A DNA stretch of 64,000 nt, taken from contig OZ024744.1 of the NCBI GenBank assembly GCA_964016885.1, forward strand, positions 50,220,001 through 50,284,000. Reading direction: 5' to 3'. The translations under genes and the position numbers were made by a program. Below are positions 36,394 through 48,520 of this stretch, in pieces; position 1 is the first letter of the stretch, and every line of letters starts with the position of its first letter. A model generated the notes under the pieces. It saw only the letters and a list, made by a program, of their open reading frames with translations. It was not told the DNA's origin and made no database searches. The stretch comes from Eledone cirrhosa. Lineage: Eukaryota.

Positions 36394-37219
36394 TCTAAAT
36401 CCATGCTAGCGTGGAAGATAGACGTTAAACGATGATGATGATATATATATATATATACATAAGTATATATAAATATAGATGTAGATATATAAACATATAT
36501 ATATAATTATATATAAATCGATAGATAGATGTATGTAGATGTATATATATAGACATATATATATATACATATATTGTGTGTGTGTTTGTGTGTGCATATG
36601 TATATATATGCATATCTATACGTATATATATATATTTATATATATGTATGTATTTATTAAAATAAAAGATTAAAGTTTAAGCAGAGAATCGCTGCTTTCA
36701 CCCTTAACGGGATCAAGATAAATATTTGCTCTAGGGTTCTTATATATTTGATATATATTTATCCTTATCGAGCCCTCTTTGGATTTTAGTCTTCAAATTT
36801 ATTATTATTACTATATATGTATGTATGTATATATATATAAATGTGTGTGTGTGTATGAGTATGTGTATATTTATATATATAAACATATATATATATACAT
36901 ATAGAAATATATTTATGTATGTGTATGTATAAATATGTGTGTGTAAATGTAAGTATGTAAATTTCTATATATCGAAAAATATTTTTGCTTAAATCAAAAA
37001 TGTATTTTATCTTCAAATTTAAAAGATAAGCTTGCACCTGTAAAGGAAGTTGTATATATAATATATCTATATATGTATTATATATATATATATATATTAT
37101 ATATATACATATACACACACTCGCTCACAGGCACAAACACACATATTTATGTATACATATATTTACATATATATCTGTGTGTGAGTATGTGTGTATACTT
37201 GTATGTATACAAAATATTT

Positions 37220-37830
37220 GGTAAACCCAGATCTGTGCTGAAGGTGCTGCCATCCTCCATCTCTGAATGCAGGGGCCAATGTCTCATCAGGCAGTCAAGT
37301 AACTCTGCAGGTGTTTTAACTCCTACCATTACCCAGAGATACTTGGGGCCACCCACTCATGTAGGTGATGCAACTCCTACACAACAGCACAATCTTTGGG
37401 GATGTTGTGACTCCATCCACCTCCATACAACAGAACAGCATCACATTCGGTGAGTCTGGAGTTAAGACTTTTAGAGAGACGTCTTCATTCACGTCAATGT
37501 GTCCGGTGCTCCATTCAACTTCTCTTTTGAGCCAGATGTTGAGACTTGCTTCTTCACCTGCCTCCCAACAATGCCTTCAAAAGAGGTTTCCTTTCTTTTG
37601 TCGCATGTCCAAGGCGCCCGAGGAGTGAGTCAATCCATATTCCAACAAATCTTCTGAATTCTACCTCTGCAGGGAAACAGGATCCTATCTGCTGGTTTTA
37701 CAATATTCAACCAGTTCTCTGTATTTCCTGGTTTTTCTGTTAAATGGTTCTTCGATGTTCACCTCCAAAGATGCAGTAAGCTTCATCATCTTTAATACCT
37801 TCCTTTCTTTGCTCTTAACAATGTTTGTTC
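37220..37830 (-). mobile_element. HERO/R2-group RLE retrotransposon 3' remnant
   Basis: Minus strand KLTASLEVNIEEPFNRKTRKYRELVEYC..FPAEVEFRRFVG resembles the ELTVPWE..EE...RK..KY..L..PVEVG.RGF endonuclease motif. Confidence 0.55.
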
Positions 37831-38074
37831 CATACTTTGACATGTCCACTCAACTTAACTCTTTGTAATTAGTTGTAAATAAAACATGTAAAAAATGTTA
37901 ACGAAGACTTTACGACTAATTCCACACACATTCATTAATCTCACGTTTAACAAAACCACACCTTTCCTGTTACAACACATACATATCATTATAATTCTTC
38001 TTGGTGATATATCTATTATACATTATACATAATCGCTAATTCCCTTTCTCTTAGTCTATCCATTATCCTACTAC

Positions 38075-38465
38075 ATCCCTTGTGTATACAAGATTTACAT
38101 TGTGTACATTATTTGGAGTTTATGCCTACTCCTTTTCTACATATTGAACAGGGCCATTTCCATGAAAGAATCAGGGTCCTATCTTTTCTCCTACTCACTA
38201 GCACTTTAGTTTTGGTTAAGTTTAATCTCAGGTCTTTTGATTCCAAATTCTGTTTCCATAGTCGGAACTTCTTTAATGGATTCGGCTATAAGGACCAGGT
38301 CAGCCACATAATAAAGTTCCCACGGACAGCCAGTTTAAACTCCTCTGTTATAGCCTGGAGAACTATGATGAACAGCAGTGGACTAAGAACCGAACCCTGA
38401 TAAATTCCTACCAATACCTTAAATTCTTCTCTAAACTCACTTCCTACTCTCACTTTACTGACATA
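38075..38465 (-). mobile_element. RTE RT fragment
   Basis: GIYQGSVLSPLLFIIVLQA. Confidence 0.85.
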
Positions 38466-38804
38466 TTGATTATTCACTTACGACCGTTTCAAAGATAGGT
38501 GGCTGAGGATCTATATTGAACCACCTATTATATATATATATATATATTTTATTTTTTATTTACGTAGACCACTGATGATTCCTGCCCAATGGTATGGATG
38601 GAATATTGTCAGCAAATAAAAATTGTATGAGTATGTAGGCGTTCTTTGATCTCTTTTACATATATATATATAATGAAGGAGGTGTGGTAAGGAACCAGAT
38701 GGACCATAACGCACCAGAGTACTCATTACTTAGGGTAGTAGAGTGGGTTTTAGTCCAGAAATAGCCGTCGAAACGGCTTGAGCTCTGCCGTCGGGGTTAA
38801 ACAT

Positions 38805-38902
<98 letters not shown>

Positions 38903-39299
38903 ATTTCTCGTATTTTGCTGTAGAACCTTACTGCCGAATTGTCGTTTTGAGAAATGTAACATATTCACTTCATTTTCTTGTCGTCTCTCCATGCTTCTTG
39001 GTCCATTTACTTATCAGTATTTATATTGTCCGTTTAAGTTAAACGTTCGTTTAACTTTTATAATTAAGGTCGAATCTGTAGGTCCTTTATATAACAATAA
39101 GCTTCTCGTTAACTTTGCCATTCAGCCCCGCCCCCACACACCACCATTACTATTTGGTCCAATCATAATTCAGTGGCTTATAATATGTTTCTCTTACCAA
39201 TCTCTATGACAAAGCCACCGCCTCAGCTATTACTACTTAAGTTTAGACCAGGTTGCTCTTCGATTTGCTAGATGGACTACAGAATTTGGAGAGTCTGAA

Positions 39300-40970
39300 G
39301 AATGTGAAAAGTCAATGTCAATGTCAAAGATAAAGATAAATTCACCTCCTGTTGCCGGACGAGAATGCAAGGACTCCTCTTTATTTCAGACATGGAAGGC
39401 CAACATAACCCCATCTCCCTCACCCCTCCCTGCACCTCTAACCCATCCCTTCAACCCACCCAACGAAATCCAAAACTTCAGAGTTGGTACCATGAATGTA
39501 AGCACTTTGAAAGGTCGCTCAAACGAGGTCGTTGAGATGCTTGAATGTAAGAAAGTTGATGTTTATCATGTTGAAGAGACTAGGTGGAGGGGTGGGTCTG
39601 CTAGATTCATTGTGGGTAAAAACGATGCTATAAACTTTTCTGGGTGGGAAATGACAATGGGCTGGGTGGAGTAGGAATTATATTAGCAGAAAAATGGGTA
39701 GATAAGATAATTGCTGTAAATAGAGTGAACAACAGAATAATTAAAATAAGACTAGTCCTAAATAGAACTACTGTGACAATAATATCTGCTTATGCACTCA
39801 AATCTGGCCTACCTGACGTTATAAAAGACAGGTTCTATGAGTCACTAATGCTCATTACTTCCCAAATAACCGACAGTGACTGCATAATTATTGCTGGTAA
39901 CCTAAATGGTTATGTTGGACAACATTGTGATGGCGATGACAGAATCCATGAAGGCTATCGGTTTGGTACTAGAAATGAGGAAGGCTCCAGAATCCTGGAA
40001 TTCTGTGACGTTAATAACCTAACTATCTGTAACACAAACTTAAAAAGATCAGGGGAACACGACAGTCAGATAGATTATATCCTTACCAGAAGACGTGACA
40101 AAGTGTCTGTTATAAACACTAAATCCCTCTCTAGTGAAGAATGCACCTCCCAACATAGCCTCATAGTTAGTGACCTCATAGTCAGGACTAGACGTACTCG
40201 ACAACAGAGGAGGACTACCCTGAGGAGAAGAATATGGAAGTTAAAGGACCCCACAGACAGTAACAAATTTAGAAGCATATTACTTGATGCTTTTGACAGT
40301 AAGGAAGAGCAATTAGAGACGTAGAATATAGAGGAACAGTGGGAATTCCTGAAAGTTAACCTGCTGATGGCGACAGATGAAATCTGTGGCTGGAGCAGAT
40401 CTATAGGCAGGAGGAGAGTAACTTGGTGGTGGAACAGTAAGGTGGAGGAGTCAATCAAGGCCAAAAAGCAGTCTTGGAAAGCATGGTGGGATGGGGGAAG
40501 TAGAGAACACTATCAAGAGGCCATGAGAGAAGCTAGGAGATAAGTGTACTTTGCAAGAAGGGAAGCAGAGGAAAGAAAGTTCAAGCATGTTCTACAATGC
40601 GAGGACCGATGTGTCAAGGAAAGAGAACAATGTGTCAAGGAAAACAGTGATATTGTCGGGGAGAAGTGTGTCCGTAATAGTTGTTTCTACTTTACGCACA
40701 AGGCCAGCAATTACCCAGTGCATTACTGGTACTTTATTTTATCGACCCCGTAAGGATGAAAGGCAAAGTCAACCTCGGCGGGATTTGAACTCAGATCGTA
40801 AAGGGACGTAACTATGCTGGAAAGCATGGCGTCCGACTCTCTACCGATACTGCCAATCCACCGCCCTGTGTCCGTAATAACGATGGTGTACTTGTCATCA
40901 CTGATGCTGATAAGAAGGTGGCTTGGAAGTGTCACTACGAGAGACTACAGTCAACTTGGTCAAGAACACT
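39300..40970 (+). mobile_element. RTE 5' part (APE endonuclease plus linker), decayed
   Basis: VGTMNVSTL, EETRW, GVGI, ISAYA, SQIDYIL, TWWWN. Confidence 0.88.
40680..40866 (-). mobile_element. Full-length SINE family A with 13-bp TSD
   Basis: tgtgtccgtaata at 40667-40679 and 40867-40879; A-box tggcagtatcgg, B-box gagttcaaatccc. Confidence 0.92.
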
Positions 40971-41140
40971 TTGAGCACAGCCAGTTAGTATCTTATCTTT
41001 TCTTCACCGATAACAATGTATTTCATGTCTGAAATTATTGACTCAACCGTAACGAGTTAACACTATGTAGATCTATTTTATTTCCTATTGTATAAATAAT
41101 ATTACAAATAAAAAAAATAAAAAAAAACAAGGGGTAGCAC

Positions 41141-41610
41141 ACAGATCTAGGACCACATACAACACATAAGCAGGTAATACACACATATAGGACCACATAC
41201 AACACATAAGCTGGTAATACACACATATAGGACTACATACAATATATAAGCAGGTAATACACACATCTAGGACCACATACAACACATAAGCAGGTAATAC
41301 ACACATCTAGGACAACATGCAACACATAAGGAGGTAATATACACATCTAGGACCACATACAACACACGGGCAGGTAATACAAACATTTAGGACCACATTC
41401 AACACATAAGCAGGTAATACAAACATCTAGGACCACATACATCACATAATCAGGTAATACATACATCTAGGACCACATACAACACACAAGCAGGTAATAC
41501 ATACAGTTGGGACCACATGCAATACATAAGCAGGTAATATATACATCTTGAACTACCTACAACACACAGGCAGGTAATACATACATCTAGGACTAAATAC
41601 AACACACATT
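41141..41610. repeat. 40-bp minisatellite, ~11.7 copies
   Basis: Unit acacatctaggaccacatacaacacataagcaggtaatac. Confidence 0.95.
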
Positions 41611-43338
41611 GTATCATGTGCTATGGACGACACAAGAGCAATGGTCGGCCAACATAAGGGTTTCGTCACTCTTCTGAAAAGAGAAAATCTATCTGCATTT
41701 GTTGTTCATTGTGTCATTCATCGACAACACTTGGCTGCGAAGAAACTCAGCAAGCCGCTGAGCAAGTACTTGCAGGTGGCCATTGATGTCATCAATTTTA
41801 TCAAATGCCATTCCCTCAATCGAATTTTCCGGCAACTATGCCAAGATAATGACGAAGAATTCGTCAAGTTGCTCCTTCATACTGAAGTGAGGTGGCTTTC
41901 AAAGAGCAAGTGCTTTACTCACTTCTTTGAACTGTTCGACTCTATCATTGAGTTTCTGCGAGGACGCAACACAGAACTGTACAAGAAAACCCTCCATGTG
42001 AGGCAAAACTGCGCCTACCTCACCGACACCTTTGACAAATGCAATAGCGTCATTTTGGCTTTGCAGGGGAAGAAGATCACCTTGCTTAAAGAAAGGAATG
42101 CTGTGAAAACATTCATGGCCAAATTGAATGTCATCGAAAGGAATCTTTGTTGACGGGAATTCTATAACTTTCCCAGTGTCGCCAATGTTCAAAATATTGT
42201 AAACAATGACCAACTCCAAATTTATACCGCTCATCTCCGTGCACTACAAGACAACATGAGAGAACGGTTTGTTGACCTTTTGCTGATGGACATCCCAATG
42301 GGTATAGCAGATCCCTTCATAGCTACCGTCGACGATTTGGACGTTATATTTCAGGAAGAATTCATTGAACTTCAAGCAGATGACATGATCAAAATTAGAT
42401 TTCCCAAAATAGGTGAACCCCTTTTTTTGGATGCAAGAGGAAATTCAGCGTCAATTCCCACACCTACATGCAGAGGCTAAGAGATTTGCTCTGCCTTTTC
42501 CAAGCTCATACTTTGTCAAGAGGAGGTTTGGTGCTGTTTCCAGACTGCACAGTAAGGCTCGCAACCGCTACAATGTAATTATACGTGGAGATCTCCGGTT
42601 ACATCTTACGAAAATCCAGCCTGACGTCAAAGAGTTAGCTAGACTCCATAAAGTTCAAGGGTCCCATTGAAATGAGGTCAAAGTTAAAGTAAGTTGATTT
42701 ATCCGAAAACTTGGATATGCTATTTTTACAAAGCAAACTAACAATTTTGTTTATTTGTAGTTGCAGTCTGACTGGACTGGAACTCATCTACTACAATTCA
42801 CTTAGTCATTTGTTGTATATATTTTACCATTTACTAATAAATATACCCTCCCACGTGGTCATGAAAACCCTCTTCCGTGGTCTCTAAGCTCACAAAGCAG
42901 AGGGGACATCAAGTTAGATATCAACATTTATTCTGTCCGTTTCATTAAAGGGAAAATTGGAAAGCTTTGAAATGATATAATTGCCACTTTCTTCCAGATA
43001 AGAGCACTCTTTGGATAGACAGAGTTGCTCTTGTATAAATGTTCAAAATAGCTGGTATCGCCTGGTGGGAATATAACAAATTCAACTGGTCTTTATTCAT
43101 AAAAAAGAACATTTATATTCCTTTTTTTTTTTAATTTATATATTTCCTTTCAAGGAATGTATTTATACTCTCAACTGCCTGCAATGGTATCTTTGGAATA
43201 TTGTTAATCAATTTTTTAGTAATCTACTGATATCAAAATCAGTAGTATATTGAAAAATGGAAAAATAGGGTAGGAGGGCGTTTCATGATTTCGAGGGACA
43301 AATGGGGGCGTTTGTCCTAAATGGGTTGAGAACCTGTG
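41611..43338 (+). mobile_element. hAT (Buster/Charlie-type) DNA transposon, 3' half; transposase pseudogene ~41623-42670
   Basis: AMVGQHKGF, HCVIHRQHL, LLHTEVRWLS, LPFPSSY..F, GDLRL. Stop at 42151 and a later frameshift. TIR-like ggttgagaacctgtg at 43324-43338. Confidence 0.85.
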
Positions 43339-45140
43339 CTCTATATAGGGGAAACTACAAAAGCATTAAATTAATTGACCAGGTCATGAAGGTCACAGAA
43401 AGAGTTATAGTGCAACTAATCAGAGAGCGTATTGATCTAGATGAAATGCAGTTTGGGTTTGTGTCAGGTAAAAGTACCACATATGCTCTTTTCCTTGTAC
43501 GACAACTACATGAGAAGTACCTAGCTAAAAGTAAACCCCTCTACTTAGCTTTTGTTGACTTGGAGAAAGCCTTTGACAGAGTCCCCCGCTCCATTATCTG
43601 GTGAAAGCTAGGTGTTGATGAATAGCTTGTGTGAGCTATACAAGCCATGTATAAAGAAACAGTCAGCAAGGTTAGAATTAACAACAAATATAGTGAAGAA
43701 TTTAACGTAAACGTTGGTGTTCATCAAGGCTCTGTCCTTAGCCCCCTCCTATTTATTATTGCCCTTCAGGCTATAACAGTGGAGTTCAAGATCGGCTGCC
43801 CATGGGAACTTCTATACGGTGATGATCTAACTCTCATAGCTGAATCAATGGCTAAACTAGAGAAGAAAATCCAAACATGGAAGCATGGCCTAGAATCGAT
43901 TGGCCTTAAAGTTAACTTGTCTAAGACTAAAGTGCTAGTATGTAGAAAGTAAAATAGGGCACAGGTCCCCTCTGGGAAATCACCATGTTCAGTGTGTAGG
44001 AAAGGAGTAGGCAGAAATTCCATGTTATATCCTAAATGCAAACTATGGGTACATAAAAGATGTAGTGGGATCACAGGTAAGCCATCTAAGAACGTATATT
44101 TTATATGTGGCCGATGCTCAGGTGCAATAAGTAGCAAATGCCTACAGGATACTAGCTCCTTCTATTGCCCGGATGGTTCTATAGAAATAGTAGACACCTT
44201 CCGTTACCTGGGTGACAAGGTCAGCAGTGGTGGAGGGTGCTCTGAAAGTACAGTAGCCAGAGTCAGAACGGGATGGAAAAAGTTCAGAAAGCTTATACCA
44301 CTATTGGCCACTAAAGGTTTCTCTCTAAAAATGAAATGCAGATTGTATGATGCGTGCATACGAACAGCAATGTTACATGGCAGTGAGACATAGGCAGAGG
44401 AACGAAGCATGCATGCTCCGTTGGATGTGTAATAGTAATATACAGGAACGGCAAAGCATAAATGAACTATGTGAGAAATTAGGAATAAGATGGATCAGAT
44501 GCTGTTTACTCGAGAGAAGACTACGTTGGTATGGTCACGTGATGCGCACGAAAGACGACAGCTGTATAAAAAGTGCAGGGTAATCAAAATTGATGGAAGT
44601 TACGGAGTAAGTAGACCCAGAAAAAACCTTGGACAATTTGATAAATTCCGACCTTACACACTTGCACCTCTCTAAGACAGTGTCACTTTGGCGGCACGCA
44701 GTAATACAGAAGACCCGCCTTGCCTATGTACATAGCGAAACCTACAGTCAGGAGGCACCTCTTAACCAAATATACACCCCATCCCACTACCCCTATTCCA
44801 CCACCCCACTCCCACCAACACCACCTCTCTCTGTAAAGTTATGTTGGTACCACAACATCCAGTCCAAAATAAATGAGGCCGTGTAGGTGTCACGACAAAA
44901 AAATACACAGTCCACGCTGTAATGTGGCCGTGTAGGTAACATGGTAAAAACCTTCCAGTCCACACTGTAAACGTGGTTGGTGTTAGGAAGGGCATCCAGC
45001 CGTAGAAAACCTGCCAGACAGTCCTATACGAGCGAGACACGGTCTCCCAACCAATCTTGCCTCGAGTGGGACAATTCCCGTCTAAACCCATGCTAGCGTA
45101 GAAGATAGACGTTAAACGATGATGATGATGATAATGATGA
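43339..45140 (+). mobile_element. RTE 3' part (RT to (GAT)n tail)
   Basis: RGNYK, EMQFGF, DLEKAFD, GVHQGS, LYGDD, LRWYGH; probably continues 39300-40970. Confidence 0.9.
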
Positions 45141-45154
45141 TATGTATATATATA

Positions 45155-45660
45155 TATTTATTAAAATAACAGATTAAAGTTTAAGCAAAGAATCGCTGCT
45201 TTCACCCTTAACCTGTTTTTTCTATGTAACAACTTTATTTACATTATATTCTAAAACCCCGGAGCCGAGAATCATCCAGTTATTCTAAATAGAATATTAG
45301 TCTAACGTCTCCTTTTATACCATAAATGTGTTTTTGTCTTTGCATAAAATTGTTCTCATCGCTCCACATAACGGCGTAATTATCCTCGCTTTTTCCCCAC
45401 TCATTGCCTGGGAACGTCTTCACGAACCGATGTATCATCTTCCTGTTTTCCTTCGGTTGTAACGTTTTTCAAAATATTTACTTCTGCAGCCACAGATTGA
45501 TTTTTTTAGTTTCAGAAGATCCCGTTAAGGGTGAAAGCAGCAATTCCTTGGTTAAACTTTAATGTTATTTTAATAAATATTTGCTCTACGTGTTTTTATA
45601 TATATATATAATCCTTATCAAGCCCTCTTCGGATTTTAGTTTTCACATTTATTATTATAT
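45155..45660 (+). mobile_element. PLE-like end with inverted repeat and degenerate HHR; related copy at 36651-36806
   Basis: 45155-45212 is the inverse of ~45524-45580; CAGAAGA-TCCC GTTAA GGGT-GAAA. Confidence 0.5.
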
Positions 45661-45666
45661 ATATAT

Positions 45667-46175
45667 GATGGAAGAAATTTAGGGAACTACTACCACTGTT
45701 GACAACAAAAGGTTTCTCCTTCCAAATGTTAAGCCAGCTGTATGCCACCTCTGTGTGAAGTGCTATATTGCATTGCTCTAAAACATGAGAAGTGACTGTT
45801 AAGGATATGTGCAGATTGAAGAAAAATGAAGCAACCGTGCTTTGATGGATGTGCAATTTTAATGTAAGACAACGACAGAGCATGGATGAACTGAGAGAAA
45901 AGCTAAGAATATGATGAATTAGAAGTAGTGTGCAAGAGGGAAGACTGACTTGGTATGGATATGTGATGCGCATGGATGGTGATCATTAGATGACGAAGTG
46001 CCAAGAAATCTCAGTGGAAGGAAGACCTGGACAGAGGTGGTGAAAACTGATCTCAAATTGCTGAAAACTCATAGAGAAATGACGAAGGAACACAGTGAGT
46101 GGAGAGATCCTGTGCTCAATAGGACTCATACAACCCATGCAAGTGTGGAAAAATGGACATAAAAATGATGATGTG
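45667..46175 (+). mobile_element. Old RTE 3' fragment
   Basis: WKKFRELLPLL, WYGYVMRM and RTE tail. Confidence 0.8.
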
Positions 46176-46417
46176 AGTGTGTGTGTGTGAGTACATGCAT
46201 ATATATATATATATATAACATCATCCTCATTGTCATTTTGCAGGCCATTTTCCTTGCTAGGTGAGGTTGAATGGCTTGTCACATCCTTCGTTATTTACTT
46301 GGAGCTCTAGACCACTCTGATGAGCAGTGGAAGGGCGCATCTCACTTACATATGTTCCCACACTTTAGAAATTGTACTAACAGCATATTATCATTACACC
46401 AGAGCCAGAGAGCTTGT

Positions 46418-46900
46418 CATCATCATCATCATCATCATCACTGTTTGACGTCCATTCTTCCACGCTAGCATGGGTTAGACGGGTTGTTCTGTTGTGGGCA
46501 GTGTCCAGTTGGCTGACCTTGTCTTGCTCATATGGGAACTGATTCTGGCTTGATTTCTACAGCTGGATGCCCTTCCTAACACCAACCTCATTTACAGTGA
46601 GTGCTGGGTGCTTTTATTCTGTGGCGCCTACATGTCCACTTTACATTGTGGGCTGGGTGCTTTTTTGCCGTGGCACCTCCACGGCCACTTTGCAGTGGGG
46701 GGCAGTGGGGGCATATTGTCTATATGCTTCATTCAGCTTTGGCTTGTACCCGTGGGAAGTCGGGTCTTCTGTATTACAGCGTGACACCAGCAGTCACGGT
46801 CGTGTGTTATCACTTTTGAGAAGTGCAATTGGGTAAGGTTGGCTTTTATCACCTCATCCTAGGTCTACTTGGGTTTCCCCAACTCCACGGCTTCCATTCA
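46418..46900 (-). mobile_element. RTE 3' end
   Basis: Inverse of ~8100-8560 with (CAT)n. Confidence 0.88.
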
Positions 46901-48044
46901 TAAAATGGAAGAATCCTTCAACCCTTTGTTTGGCAAGTTATCTTTGGCTGGATGTCCTTTCTGTCAACTACCATTTTACTGGGTACATTTTATTGTGGAA
47001 CCAACACTGAAGAATTTTGATTTACATGTCATGCTATTTGCTGAAAATCTTATAAAATGATGGCAATCATTGGCATTGGACCCCTTAGATAATGGTTTAT
47101 GCACTCACTTGGCATGGGAAAGATATGGAATTTGATTCCTTGCAGGTGTCATAGTTCACTTTTTTTCCATTTCCAGGGTTACTTTAAATGATTTTCTCAA
47201 CTATTGTTTACAGAGACTGACAATTATTATGGTCATTTGCATTAGGTTGCACACATTTCAAATAATATCATCATTCTTTTCACATTCATTTCCAATGATA
47301 GCATGGGTTGGACAGGTCTTTTCATGCACAGCTTCCCTCCCCATACCCTTCACCACCTCCTTCTGTGTTTTGAGATCTGCAAGGAGTAGAGGTGAGTGGC
47401 ATCAGTTATGGAAGGCAGTTACTTGGAATATGACTGCACAGGTTACACATCGGCTTGGTTTGTCATAATGAAGGTAACCCTTTGAAGAGAGGAGTCACTT
47501 CTTCTTCACCCACATATTCCTGAGAGGGTCTTGTCAGAAGCAACCATCTTCAACTGATCCGGCTGGATTCCCAAGCGAGACCAGCCAAGCTCATGGATGT
47601 TATCCAACCATCTTGGTCAGGGTCTACTTCTGGGTCTCCTGCCAGTTGTTTTTGCTTGTAAAATCTATCCAGCAATTCTTTCCTGAAACATTCTAACTAC
47701 ATGCCCATAGCATCAGAGCTGTAATCTCTAAATTCAGAAAAGTAGCAGCTCTAACAGAAGTAACTCTCTGATCTCCGAGCTATGCACTCTATTGAGTAAT
47801 ATTACTCCAAAGACCCTTCGGATGAACCCCTGCTTTTATTTGCAATCGTATTATTTTGGTCATTACCCAAGATTCATGACCATAGGTAAGGACACATTAA
47901 AAAGTAGATCTGGAGAAAGTTCTGAAAGACACCCCTCTCTATTGCTGGTGGCATGATAAAGTGCACCCAGTCAGCGCTGCAAAGTGGCTAGTGGTACAAA
48001 GGGCATCCAGCCAGAAAAACCCAGGCAAAAATTTTAAACAATAA

Positions 48045-48210
48045 TAATTGTTTCTACTTTTGGCACAAGGCCAGCAATTATCCCAGTGTATTACTGATAC
48101 TTTATTTTATCGACCCCATAAGGATGAAAAGCAAAACTCATAACATAAAGGGCCATAACTCTATACTGCAAAGCATGGGATCTGACGCTCTACCGATTCT
48201 GCCAATCCAC
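48045..48210 (-). mobile_element. SINE family A (internally deleted), just downstream of the USP stop codon
   Basis: Matches 40680-40866. Confidence 0.8.
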
Positions 48211-48264
48211 AATAATAATAATGATAACAGTAACAATGACATAAATTTCTGATTAAGATAGCAT

Positions 48265-48468
48265 TTATTTCTTGTCTCTGTTTCTACATACCAGGACAGG
48301 TATTGGGGAATGATGTACGCAGTAATCGCTCACACTTCCCATGATCGCTCTCTGGACTTTTCCAATCCCTCTCGATCCTAGGATGAGCAAAGTGGCACCC
48401 TCTGTTTTCACAACCTTGATTATAGCCTCCCCTGCTTTGCCATTTACTTGAAGTAGTCTCCCTTGTAA
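48265..48468 (-). CDS. Universal stress protein (UspA-like) terminal coding exon
   Basis: Acceptor tttttgcatctttccAG, then LQGRLLQVNGKAGEAIIKVVKTEGATLLILGSRGIGKVQRAIMGSVSDYCVHHSPIPVLVCRNRDKK*. Contains the G-2x-G-9x-GS motif and PVLV; AATAAA overlaps the stop. Confidence 0.92.
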   Translation of the reverse strand, partial: LQGRLLQVNGKAGEAIIKVVKTEGATLLILGSRGIGKVQRAIMGSVSDYCVHHSPIPVLVCRNRDKK

Positions 48469-48520
48469 CTGGAAAGATGCAAAAATAGTGAAAAAGAAAT
48501 GGTTAATATACCATAGTGCT

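Noticed and set aside
39295-39315. CTGAAGA..GAAA hammerhead-like core
   Set aside because: No stem I or stem II pairing.
41141-41610. CRISPR-like 40-bp periodicity
   Set aside because: The whole unit repeats; there are no spacers.
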